DNA from: Bacillota bacterium
GTDB taxonomy: Bacteria > Bacillota > Bacilli > Bacillales > Cytobacillaceae
Length of the DNA stretch: 32,000 bases
Assembly: GCA_023387295.1 (NCBI GenBank)
Contig: JAEWIG010000054.1
Coordinates: 12,510 to 44,509, forward strand
Reading direction: 5' to 3'
This document shows, piece by piece, positions 8,863 through 17,680 of the stretch. The number at the start of each line of letters is the position of its first letter. The stretch's first letter is position 1. Both the position numbers and the translations under genes were made by a program. The notes under the pieces were generated by a model. It was not told the origin of the DNA and did not search any database. It saw only the letters and a program-made list of their open reading frames with translations.

Positions 8863-9043
8863 CTTGATTACCTCCCTTGTGTACAATTGTATTTCTAATC
8901 AATATTATACTAATAAACGCTTGTTAATACCATATTTTTCATGTAACATCATGTTATTTCTACATAAAAATATGTTTAGTGCTATTCAATTTTGCGTTCT
9001 ATTCCATTCCATAAGCTTCACTGTACTCGTATCCATAGAGGAG

Positions 9044-10432
9044 TTATCTATTAATTTTTTCAGTTATATACTTTTTATCTGTCACTATTAAGGTCTTAAC
9101 ATTTGCCTTAATAACTCCGATTTCTTTACTTTCTTGCTTCAAACTTTTATGTTTATTATAAACGTTACTCTTTTCTTCTCCTAGCTTTGTATACTCCTCC
9201 CTTAATTCCTTCACCTTCGGTATATTCTTTCCTACCTCCACAATTTTCTCTTTAGCCGCCTTATGCAATAACAGTTCCTCCACATGTTCCTCATAAAACT
9301 CCTTATTAAACCCAGACTCCCGATACTCCAGATAAACCTCCCTAGTCTTTGCATAATTTACAATATGCTTCTGCAACTCCCTATTCTCCTTCATCTCTTT
9401 CTCAATCTCCTTAAGCCTACCAGACACCTCATGAAACTCTCGATTCACTTCCTGTACCTTCTCCTCCAACTCTTCCAAACTAGTAATATGATTCTCCTCC
9501 AGATAATTTAATGTCTTAGCCATCTGCTTTAGATTAAACACCTTCGCCCATCTCTCATATCCAGGTCCCTTACCCGCCTGTAATTTTGCCTGAATATCTA
9601 CGATCAGATTAACCTTCTTCTCAACCCTAACACATTTCTTACCAGTCCTTTTAATGCTCTTTTCTCCACAAATTATGGCCCTAATATCTTCTTCACTAAA
9701 CCCATCCCGTAATGATCGTAACCGAATGAATTTCTTCTGCTCTGCATCCTTAAACGAAACATACTTTCCTCGTTTCACTTCATACCCATTCAGCTCCATC
9801 CGATATAAAAACTCGTCAAAATCTTTTAGTCTACTTTTTAATACCTCTTCTATCACATACCGCAACTTCTCCGAATAACTAACTGTCTTCTTATCTCCCA
9901 ACCACTTCCCATAATGCTTACTACTCTGCTTTGGATTCTCAATTATCGATAACCCATTTTCCAAACAAATAATATCCGATACTCTCCTTACTGCCTTCCC
10001 AGAACCTAAAAAATCTCTGAACTTTTTAGTACAGTTCAGAGATGTAGAATTAAATATAATATGATTATGTATGTGTGCCTTATCCACATGTGTTGCTACA
10101 ATAAATGCATGATTTCCTTTTGTAAATCGCATGGCAAGTTCATATCCCACCTTATTCGCTAGCTCAGGGGTAACTTCCCCTGGCTTAAAGGATTGTCGTA
10201 TTTGATAAGCAATCACGTTATTTTCCTGTTCACGGCCAGTAATATGGGTGTATTGTCGTTTGGATAGGAGGAATTCTGACTGCACTGTCTTTGGATCACA
10301 CGCATAGGAACTAATGTATTTTCCCTCCGATGTCTTATCTGGATTTTTTGCATACTCCGTCCGATCCTCAATACAAGAAGCAATGGATTTCCCTTTGTTT
10401 TGATGCATTGCAATAAAACGTGTGGTTGCCAC
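9044..10432 (-). CDS. MobA/VirD2-family conjugative relaxase with C-terminal coiled-coil region
   Basis: 462 aa. GTG start with AGGAGGG SD 6 nt upstream. The N-terminal relaxase fold motifs include the histidine triad THVDKAHIHNHIIFN. Confidence 0.9.
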   Translation of the reverse strand: MATTRFIAMHQNKGKSIASCIEDRTEYAKNPDKTSEGKYISSYACDPKTVQSEFLLSKRQYTHITGREQENNVIAYQIRQSFKPGEVTPELANKVGYELAMRFTKGNHAFIVATHVDKAHIHNHIIFNSTSLNCTKKFRDFLGSGKAVRRVSDIICLENGLSIIENPKQSSKHYGKWLGDKKTVSYSEKLRYVIEEVLKSRLKDFDEFLYRMELNGYEVKRGKYVSFKDAEQKKFIRLRSLRDGFSEEDIRAIICGEKSIKRTGKKCVRVEKKVNLIVDIQAKLQAGKGPGYERWAKVFNLKQMAKTLNYLEENHITSLEELEEKVQEVNREFHEVSGRLKEIEKEMKENRELQKHIVNYAKTREVYLEYRESGFNKEFYEEHVEELLLHKAAKEKIVEVGKNIPKVKELREEYTKLGEEKSNVYNKHKSLKQESKEIGVIKANVKTLIVTDKKYITEKINR

Positions 10433-10461
10433 ACAAATCCCTCCTATCCTATTATAATTTC

Positions 10462-10746
10462 TTAGATTAACCGTATCCGTTCCCTTATTCCATCAACCAC
10501 TCCAATCAACCAACTTGCTACCATTGGGATACCATATGGGCTGATCAGAAAAGCTAGAAACATCATTTTAAAACCTTCGCCCGTTTCTCCAAAGAATAGC
10601 ATTGTTAACAATGCGACTGTAAAGATTACAAACGATATTATCGACAACAACATCGTCCAAAAAAGACACACAAACTTACATGGTAGTAGCAATAAAGTCA
10701 ATGCAAGTGACACTGGAAATAAGATGATTTTTAATATGATTCGCAT
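10462..10746 (-). CDS. Small multi-pass membrane protein (CD1845-like mobile-element protein)
   Basis: Hydrophobic 94-aa product starting MRIILKIILFPVSLALTLLLL. ATG 10744-10746 sits 6 nt after GGAGGA. The longer TTG-initiated 114-aa version in the track lacks an SD. Confidence 0.6.
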   Translation of the reverse strand: MRIILKIILFPVSLALTLLLLPCKFVCLFWTMLLSIISFVIFTVALLTMLFFGETGEGFKMMFLAFLISPYGIPMVASWLIGVVDGIRERIRLI

Positions 10747-10815
10747 AGACATCCTCCACGTTAAACTTCTTTTCTTCAACCTATCAGATCTAAATTTCGT
10801 TGTCAATGATATGAA

Positions 10816-11151
10816 TTATATGGCTGCTAATCGTTTTATAATCTCATTGGCTGCATCCCATAGTTTATCAAAGTGCTGTTGTAAATACACTAAATCCCCT
10901 TTATATATGTTTCCTGTCTCATGTGCTTTTTTTGTTATCTGATTTAAATTGTTGCTCGTATACCGAAGTAGAGAAGTTAATTCTCGAAGATCCATTAGGT
11001 CTAATTGTATGACATACCCATCAATAGCCATCTTCCGAAGATATGCTCCCATATTCTTCGTTCCTGCTTGTTGCATACGTTCTAAAATCAGTTTTTGTTC
11101 TTTCTCTGATACCATAAAATGTAGCTGAATATCACGTTTTCGATGTACCAT
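10816..11151 (-). CDS. mobC: MobC-type relaxosome accessory protein
   Basis: HRKRDIQLHFMVSEKEQKLILERMQQAG...YLRKMAIDG...LRYTSNNLNQITKKAHETG matches the MobC ribbon-helix-helix pattern. Start ATG 11149-11151 follows AAGGAGAGG; the track start at 11184 has no SD. Confidence 0.85.
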   Translation of the reverse strand: MVHRKRDIQLHFMVSEKEQKLILERMQQAGTKNMGAYLRKMAIDGYVIQLDLMDLRELTSLLRYTSNNLNQITKKAHETGNIYKGDLVYLQQHFDKLWDAANEIIKRLAAI

Positions 11152-11188
11152 TACACCTCTCCTTACTCGGTAACTACGCCTCATTTCA

Positions 11189-11398
11189 TTAAAAGTCTGG
11201 ATAAAGATCTAGTGATAAAAACTCCTCCTCTGTCATAGCCTTTAATTTTACAATGGTTGTATTCGTTAACTTTCTTAATTCCACTTCATCCTCTTTTAGA
11301 TACTCTTTCATTTCATTAAGGTTCTGAATTGCTTCCTTCTTTGTGTATGCTGCATAGATGCATATCAAATTTCCTTCTTCAAAGGTGAATTGGCTCAT
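11189..11398 (-). CDS. Transposon-transfer assisting (TTRAP) family small protein
   Basis: 69 aa: MSQFTFEEGNLICIYAAYTKKEAIQNLNEMKEYL...LKAMTEEEFLSLDLYPDF. ATG 11396-11398 is preceded by GGGAGGAAAG. It overlaps the end of the ArdC-like gene by 20 nt. Confidence 0.7.
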   Translation of the reverse strand: MSQFTFEEGNLICIYAAYTKKEAIQNLNEMKEYLKEDEVELRKLTNTTIVKLKAMTEEEFLSLDLYPDF

Positions 11399-13187
11399 TT
11401 TCTTTCCTCCCAGCGATGAGTTCGATCGACTTCTTGGGTGTTTGCACATTAACAGAGGGTTGTAGTTTTTCACGAATTGATTTCTTCTTTTCCTTTTGTT
11501 CTATGTCATCCTTTTTCATTTGCTCCTGCATCAGAAGAGTTTGACTTTGCTCTATACTAACTTCCATTACCGTCATTGTTGGTAAGTTATTAATGATTCC
11601 ATTCAGATTGTTATCGTTTTGCTCTACACTATCTTCCAAATTAAAAAGCGGATTAATCTTTGCATGGAATCCTAAAAGTTTCTGAAAACCAATGCTATCT
11701 ACGTAATAATACGATACAACTTTATGCTCTTGTAAAGCAATGATATCACTTACTGATAAACAATGTCCTGTAAACTCTTTTGGGGGATTGAAATTAAATT
11801 GTTGGTAAATGGCATGTAGTCGCTCATTCGTTGTTGCCTCATCATGAAAGATTCCTTCATATACTTCATGATAATTCATCTCATCTACTTGCAGCCCCAT
11901 CTCTTCTAATCGTTCCAAAGACTCAAATCGATAGTTTCGTAAATTCTCTTCTCGATTTAACTGTAAGATCCGATAAGAATCTGCCCTACTAATTATCTCA
12001 TTCGCTGTTTCCATATCTTCTAATAGTTTATAATTCACTTCTTCCATTCGTTCTGGAGACAGTTCATGGAATGCTAGTATTTCCTCTCTAGCTTCAAGAA
12101 TCGTAAGAGATGGATCATCTAATTGGCCACCATCTAGTTCATGTTTGCTTTCCTTTTCAAAAAATGTATAATCATATCCATCATCTGATTGTTGAATTTG
12201 CAAATAGATAATGTCATCTAGAACATATAATGCCTCCCTTTGATCCATCATTTCCTTTTGCATTTCAACTAAATAGGTATCCACCTCGGTAATAAGCTGA
12301 TTCGCTGTTTGATTAATTAGTTCTAACGATGCTTTCAATTCTAGCAGTTCCTTATCCTTACTCCATGAAGCAATATAACCAAAACTATTTTCATTAGTTT
12401 CAATGCCATAGTAGGCACATACGGTATAAGAAACACTTTCCGCTTCTACTTCCTTGGTTCGTTGATTCTTTATTAACACTTTTATTTGCTCATGGTCCAA
12501 CGTCTGAGCTGGTTCCAAATTTTTATTATGCAATAGGGAGTGTGCAATCTCATGAATCGTAGCAGAGATTGTTTGAACCTCACTCATCCCACTTCGAATT
12601 GCAATTCTTTGTTCAAGCGGACTAAAGTAACCATCCGTACTAGCTTTCATTTCTTCAAATGCAATGGGAACTGGAGATGTTCTCCTTAATGCCTCTATTA
12701 ATTTGGGATAATTATAGACATTCCCCTCTAAGCTAGACACTAACTCAGGCAGAGGTTTTCCTTCTGTTTGACTAACATCAAAAACGGTCACTGGTTTAAA
12801 CATCGGGATTTTTAATTCTACTTCTTCGGTCAAAACTTTTCCTGTGATATCTTTTATTGGCATTCTTGTTACTGGATCTAGTTTTTCTATATCCTTCTTC
12901 GTCTTGTAAGGCGTAGGTGCGATAATCTTGATTCCTTTCTCTCCTTTTCTAACATGCCGTTCAAACTCTTCTTGCCATCTCTGAAATCCAGCAACAAGCG
13001 TTGCATTGGGATTTTGTAAGAAAATCAGGATAGTATTATTCAGCGAATACCTTGGAAACCTTGACATGGTTCTTAGATACTGTTTGTATTTTTCACTTTC
13101 AAATAACTCCTGGATTCCTTTTTCTATTCCATCGGTGATTGCTTTTAAATGTTCCTTTTGTGACTGTCTCCTCTCTTCCAACTTCAT
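11379..13187 (-). CDS. ArdC-like anti-restriction protein: N-terminal ssDNA-binding domain, HExxH metallopeptidase, YodL-like and C-terminal K/E-rich regions
   Basis: 602 aa, AAGAGGTGA SD. RFPRYSLNNTILIFLQNPNATLVAGFQRWQ is the ArdC N-domain signature. HEIAHSLLH is a zincin motif. SYRILQLNREENLRNYRFESLERLEE resembles the YodL-like domain. Confidence 0.8.
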   Translation of the reverse strand: MKLEERRQSQKEHLKAITDGIEKGIQELFESEKYKQYLRTMSRFPRYSLNNTILIFLQNPNATLVAGFQRWQEEFERHVRKGEKGIKIIAPTPYKTKKDIEKLDPVTRMPIKDITGKVLTEEVELKIPMFKPVTVFDVSQTEGKPLPELVSSLEGNVYNYPKLIEALRRTSPVPIAFEEMKASTDGYFSPLEQRIAIRSGMSEVQTISATIHEIAHSLLHNKNLEPAQTLDHEQIKVLIKNQRTKEVEAESVSYTVCAYYGIETNENSFGYIASWSKDKELLELKASLELINQTANQLITEVDTYLVEMQKEMMDQREALYVLDDIIYLQIQQSDDGYDYTFFEKESKHELDGGQLDDPSLTILEAREEILAFHELSPERMEEVNYKLLEDMETANEIISRADSYRILQLNREENLRNYRFESLERLEEMGLQVDEMNYHEVYEGIFHDEATTNERLHAIYQQFNFNPPKEFTGHCLSVSDIIALQEHKVVSYYYVDSIGFQKLLGFHAKINPLFNLEDSVEQNDNNLNGIINNLPTMTVMEVSIEQSQTLLMQEQMKKDDIEQKEKKKSIREKLQPSVNVQTPKKSIELIAGRKENEPIHL

Positions 13188-13481
13188 TCACCTCTTTTTC
13201 ATGAGTCATGAATCTCTTACCTCTAGGTTCATTGACTAAAAATGTTATTACTTTCTTTTCTTATTTTTTATTCCTGTTCACAATCCTCTAATTGCATACC
13301 AAATGTTACTTCACATTAATATTATTCTGATTGAATGCTAATACTTTCTTCTTAGCTATTAACAACCAATCCTAAGGTTTGAGTCATAACACGACCAATG
13401 TTTAATGTTAACGATGGCAAAGGGGAAATAGTTGCATTGATTCCTGCCAAGCATAAGCTTTGCCCTACATAACGCAGATAA

Positions 13482-13504
13482 GTGCAGACCAACATAGTCT
13501 GCAC
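13482..13504. other. Perfect 8-bp stem / 7-nt loop hairpin inside a 593-bp non-coding region (candidate oriT or leader structure)
   Basis: GTGCAGAC-caacata-GTCTGCAC. There is no flanking U/T tract on either strand, so it is not a terminator. It lies upstream of the ArdC-TTRAP-MobC-relaxase operon. Confidence 0.35.
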
Positions 13505-13780
13505 CCTCTCTTAATGAAGTAACACCTTAATGATTTGTAACTCTTCCTTGAGATTACTTCCGACTGTGAACCTCCATTTAAAAGGTCCAATCAGAAGGTC
13601 CTCATATTTCATTTTACGTATCTTTCGTTATAGACCTCTGCATTTTCTAATTAAACCAAATGCCCATAACACCAACTTACCAAGTAACCATTTACATATA
13701 AATAACCTTTCGGTTAGTTGCCCCAAATACCTCTGCAATTGATTTTCTCTGCAATAATTAAGCGTATACACCTCACCATC

Positions 13781-14839
13781 TTACCGTTCCAAACTCGCCT
13801 TTAACTTCTCTTGCTTCGGCATCGATATCACCTTCTTTTGCTCCTCCTTTGCCCTCTGCAATGTTTCTTTCACCGATGGCTTCAGCTCCTTTTGTTTTTC
13901 CTCTGCCTTAAGAAATGCCATTAACTCCTTGGTATCCTTGTCATAATGATATACATTATTTGTTAAGACTTCATTTGGTTGCACCTGTGTTTCATTAATT
14001 TCCTTTACCATGGCTGCTAACTCCTGCTGCGACATCGTCCCATTGTCTGGCACAATCAGAACCTCATGAATCGATGACGGCAGCACAAAATAATCACATG
14101 CCAACGTTTCTGCTATCTTTTCCTGCAAATTTGGGTAGAACAACGAGGCTGCCCCATTGATTCCCATAGAATTAGACAGCACATACATAGTATCCTCTGG
14201 AAGTTCACGCCCAAGCTCACCTACTTCTTGTGCATTCCCATACATGATTTCTCCCACAACTTCCGACATGCTCTTTAACATGGGCGGATACATTCGCAGT
14301 GTATTATCCAGTGCAAGTGATTTTAATTCCACCTCATCTAGTCCCATTTGTTTCATCAAGGAATCCGTAATTCGAATGCTTCCAAATCCATCTTCATTCT
14401 GAGTGGCAATAAGATGGTAGGTCATGGCCATATCCCCTACTTGCTCATGTGGCATGGTTTCTAAAAGTTCCTTATTTGCCTCATAACCACACACACGAAA
14501 CGTAATTAATTCCTTCCCTTTCTCCGAAAACAATTTCTCTTCCACATCTATATTTCCCAGTTCCTTGGATTGCTCCATCGCATCCACATAGATTTCCGCA
14601 ACTTTTGATAACATACCGTTTAAGTCACCGTTTTCTTGATACTCTGTATACACATCATTTAAATAGATGTTTGGGGAGATTGTATGCATTTCTTCATGAA
14701 TTGTTAACCCATCTAATACAATGCCATTATTTTTCACTATTGGATGAACATCCACCTCTGCTGTTTCATACTTCTCTGGTAATTTGGATTTTATATTCTC
14801 TTTGATATAATCTTTAAATTCCTCATAATTTAATTCCAT
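13781..14839 (-). CDS. DUF5688-like ICE protein (function unknown)
   Basis: 352 aa, GAGAGGAGAG SD. The N-terminus MELNYEEFKDYIKENIKSKLPEKYE... and the position after DUF4366 fit the conserved ICE family as I recall it. Confidence 0.65.
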   Translation of the reverse strand: MELNYEEFKDYIKENIKSKLPEKYETAEVDVHPIVKNNGIVLDGLTIHEEMHTISPNIYLNDVYTEYQENGDLNGMLSKVAEIYVDAMEQSKELGNIDVEEKLFSEKGKELITFRVCGYEANKELLETMPHEQVGDMAMTYHLIATQNEDGFGSIRITDSLMKQMGLDEVELKSLALDNTLRMYPPMLKSMSEVVGEIMYGNAQEVGELGRELPEDTMYVLSNSMGINGAASLFYPNLQEKIAETLACDYFVLPSSIHEVLIVPDNGTMSQQELAAMVKEINETQVQPNEVLTNNVYHYDKDTKELMAFLKAEEKQKELKPSVKETLQRAKEEQKKVISMPKQEKLKASLER

Positions 14840-14856
14840 GGAACATCTCTCCTCTC

Positions 14857-15678
14857 TTATTCATCCTCTTCTTCTACTACCACATCTAGTTCATCTTCCT
14901 CGTCCATTTCATCACTTTCTATTTCTTCTTCCTCGTCCGCAAACTCATAATCATCTAGGGAATTCGGTGCCTTTGCCCTCTTTTTCCTTGATCTATATTT
15001 AAGATAAGCAAATACACCTCCACCTACTAGTAAAAGTAAGCATAGAATCACCACATAGATAGCAGAGGATTCCTTTGTTTCTACCATCGTTTGTGACTCT
15101 GTCATCACTGGTTCCGTCGATGGGGTTACTGTTTGGGCCGCCTCTTTTCCTACGCAGTTATTAATATCTTGGGAACATAATGAACACTCTGCCTTTACCG
15201 CTCCTAGTTCGCATTTCTCAGTACAAGAGCATACAATGGGTGTACTTTCCATATCCTCTTTCAGAAGATCTTGCAAGTCCCGTTCATCCACTAAATTTAG
15301 AAAATATGTTTGATACTGCTCTTCGTTCTCATCCAATGGCTTATCGTAATCAATAACGATATAAAAGACGTTTCCATTTCTCGTTTGAATGGTAATAAAC
15401 TGTTTATTCGTTGCTGCATCGTATAGCAAATCTCTAGTGATACTATTTCCGTCTTGTGAAAATGGGGTACCTTCTGTGCTTTCTATCATCGGTTGCGGTG
15501 TCTCCTGGATAACTGGTTCTTCTGTTGGTTCTATGGTTGGTTCTACAGTCACTTGTGGCTCTTGTATAGTTTTGATTTCTATTTCTTTCTCACCACCACC
15601 TGCATATACGATACTGGTACCCATCATGACACAAAAAAAGACTGCCAATAAGCAGCCGATCCATTTACACTTCCTCAT
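14857..15678 (-). CDS. DUF4366-like secreted/membrane-anchored mobile-element protein with acidic C-terminal tail
   Basis: Signal peptide MRKCKWIGCLLAVFFCVMMGTSIVYA. Conserved core NKQFITIQTRNGNVFYIVIDYDKP. C-terminal TM segment (IYVVILCLLLLVGGGVFAYL) followed by a D/E-rich tail. GGAGG SD. Confidence 0.75.
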   Translation of the reverse strand: MRKCKWIGCLLAVFFCVMMGTSIVYAGGGEKEIEIKTIQEPQVTVEPTIEPTEEPVIQETPQPMIESTEGTPFSQDGNSITRDLLYDAATNKQFITIQTRNGNVFYIVIDYDKPLDENEEQYQTYFLNLVDERDLQDLLKEDMESTPIVCSCTEKCELGAVKAECSLCSQDINNCVGKEAAQTVTPSTEPVMTESQTMVETKESSAIYVVILCLLLLVGGGVFAYLKYRSRKKRAKAPNSLDDYEFADEEEEIESDEMDEEDELDVVVEEEDE

Positions 15679-15913
15679 GTTGAATTTCCTCCTTCTTCTC
15701 TTGCATTAGCATCACCGGATTATGTTTCATTTCCTGAAATAACTCTGCAAGCTGTTTGATCGTTAATTTTTGTTCTTTTACAAGACCAATAATTTCTAGG
15801 TTCTCAAGTTCTTTCACCTGATCCGTTATCTCCTTATTTCTTTCTTGTAAACGGGTGATTTTTGTGTTATTTTTCTCAAATTCTAATTTCAATCGTTCCA
15901 TCTTTGCATTCAT
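15665..15913 (-). CDS. DUF4315-like small coiled-coil protein
   Basis: 82 aa: MNAKMERLKLEFEKNNTKITRLQERNKEITDQVKELEN... AAGGAGA SD. 14-nt overlap with the downstream gene. Confidence 0.7.
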   Translation of the reverse strand: MNAKMERLKLEFEKNNTKITRLQERNKEITDQVKELENLEIIGLVKEQKLTIKQLAELFQEMKHNPVMLMQEKKEEIQHEEV

Positions 15914-15931
15914 GTTATTGTCTCCTTTTTC

Positions 15932-17653
15932 TTAATTTCCTGGCAATCGTCCAAAACAATAAAAATACTCCTGCCAATACGTCGTATTAATACTTGCATA
16001 GGAGATGGGATCTCCGCAGTGAATCATCATCCCACCACCTACATAAATCCCTACATGGGAAGCCCCTGGTGTTTTATAGGTTGCTTTAAAGAAAATCAAA
16101 TCTCCTGGTTTCACGTTACTCATTGCTACTGGTGTACAGATATCTAACAATCCTTGCGCGGTGCGTCTTCCCACATTCCATCCACTATGATTAATAACCC
16201 AAGATACAAATCCAGAGCAATCAAAGGAGGTACTTGGGCTAGCACCACCCCAAACATAAGGAAATCCTAGATACTTTTCTGCCTCACGAATCATTGCTGC
16301 AAAGGTGGCGTCATCTAAAGCATCCGATGGAATCTCATAATCGGTATACTCTCCTGGTACCACTGCGTTTGGATAGTCTTCCGTAGGAAATAAATCTGGT
16401 CTATTCCCTAATGTTTTCATATATACAGCAAAAAAACTAAGTTGCTCCTCATTCATAATCTCAACTGGTAGATGAGACAAATCTCGATTTTCTAGTGTTA
16501 TCGTACAAATCTTGTAATCATAGCACACTTGAAAGGTTTCTGTCTGCATGATACCCATTTCATCCACCCAAGTTATAGTCTCTTCTCGATACCTTACTTC
16601 TATAGTGACTTCCTCCATCAAAATATATTGTAAATTAAATAATAGTTCTAACGTATCTTGTACGTCCGCTATAATAAATTCTTGATGTAGTACAGTTAAT
16701 ATCGAAATTAAAACATATGGATTATGAGAAATCGTATCCAGTTCATAATGATATTCATCATATCCTTGGTGCTCTTCTTCATAGTAATCCAATTCAGATT
16801 GTATGTTCGCCTCCATCTGTGCATAGGCTGATTCGGCCGCTAACATATCTGCATCTTTCGAGGGATACGTGGTAGTTGCAATGTAGGAACTTCCACCTTG
16901 AAACAGCATCATAACGGAGGAAAAAAAACTGAGTAACACCATTATAATTACAATGATAATGCCCATCACAAGAATCACTTTTGAATTCGCTGCTACAAAG
17001 GTCGTTACTTTACTTACTATTCTTGCGGTTGCCTTTACCACTGTTTTCGTTGCCTTTGTGGCTTGCGAAGATTCCTTTCTCATCCATTCTGACCGCATCC
17101 TTACATATTGTTTCTTTAAGGCTTGTTTCTGCTGATATCTTGACATTGGATTCGTATGAAGGGTAGGATTCTCTCTTCGGTACTTTTGATATAAGGCATT
17201 TACATTAGCTTTTTCAAGTTTCTTCTCCGCTACCCTTGCTCTTTTATAGGGTCGTAACTTTCTGCTTCGATTGGCTGAACTTACAATGCGTACACTACGC
17301 TCCCCCACTTCTTCTAGTTTATGTGCACTTTCTACTCCCACATTGTCTTCTTCCGTTTCTCGTATCTGACGATGGATATTGGCATGTAACGCACCAACTG
17401 GTACCTTTTTCACTGCATGCTCTAATTTGCTAGGCAGCTTATTCTTCTCTACCTCCTCAAAATGCAAACGCACCACTTGTTTTCCTGTTTTGGAATCCGT
17501 GGTGCGCTCTTTTTTCACTATCTTCTTTTTTGTAATTTTCTTTTGTGCTTTTTCTGCCTTGTCTGCCGCTATATCAGCTTTATAAATTGCCTTCTTTAAA
17601 TGTGGATCTGCTCTTTCTTCCTTTGTAAAACGAAGTCTTAGATTTTTCTGCAA
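15932..17653 (-). CDS. Conjugative cell-wall hydrolase with C-terminal NlpC/P60 (C40) peptidase domain
   Basis: C-terminus: FDCSGFVSWV (catalytic Cys) ... SHVGIYVGGGMMIHCG (His). Basic N-terminal region plus one TM segment. The probable start is TTG 17651-17653, just after GGAGGTGAGGAAG; the track start at 17668 lies inside that SD. Confidence 0.85.
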   Translation of the reverse strand: MQKNLRLRFTKEERADPHLKKAIYKADIAADKAEKAQKKITKKKIVKKERTTDSKTGKQVVRLHFEEVEKNKLPSKLEHAVKKVPVGALHANIHRQIRETEEDNVGVESAHKLEEVGERSVRIVSSANRSRKLRPYKRARVAEKKLEKANVNALYQKYRRENPTLHTNPMSRYQQKQALKKQYVRMRSEWMRKESSQATKATKTVVKATARIVSKVTTFVAANSKVILVMGIIIVIIMVLLSFFSSVMMLFQGGSSYIATTTYPSKDADMLAAESAYAQMEANIQSELDYYEEEHQGYDEYHYELDTISHNPYVLISILTVLHQEFIIADVQDTLELLFNLQYILMEEVTIEVRYREETITWVDEMGIMQTETFQVCYDYKICTITLENRDLSHLPVEIMNEEQLSFFAVYMKTLGNRPDLFPTEDYPNAVVPGEYTDYEIPSDALDDATFAAMIREAEKYLGFPYVWGGASPSTSFDCSGFVSWVINHSGWNVGRRTAQGLLDICTPVAMSNVKPGDLIFFKATYKTPGASHVGIYVGGGMMIHCGDPISYASINTTYWQEYFYCFGRLPGN

Positions 17654-17680
17654 CTTCCTCACCTCCAATTCTATGCTAGC

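Noticed and set aside
8944-8956. 13-bp palindrome TAACAT-C-ATGTTA upstream of the GIY-YIG gene, considered as an operator
   Set aside because: It is short and AT-rich, so it is expected by chance in this composition, and no cognate regulator gene is adjacent.
10213-10434. 73-aa minus-strand ORF overlapping the relaxase 5' end in another frame
   Set aside because: It is entirely nested in the well-supported relaxase N-terminal domain and has no independent SD or recognisable motif.
13188-13780. Group II intron remnant, riboswitch or T-box in the 593-bp gap
   Set aside because: I could not find a domain V-like motif, a specifier/T-box sequence or any riboswitch core I recognise. Only generic hairpins are present, so a covariance-model scan is needed.
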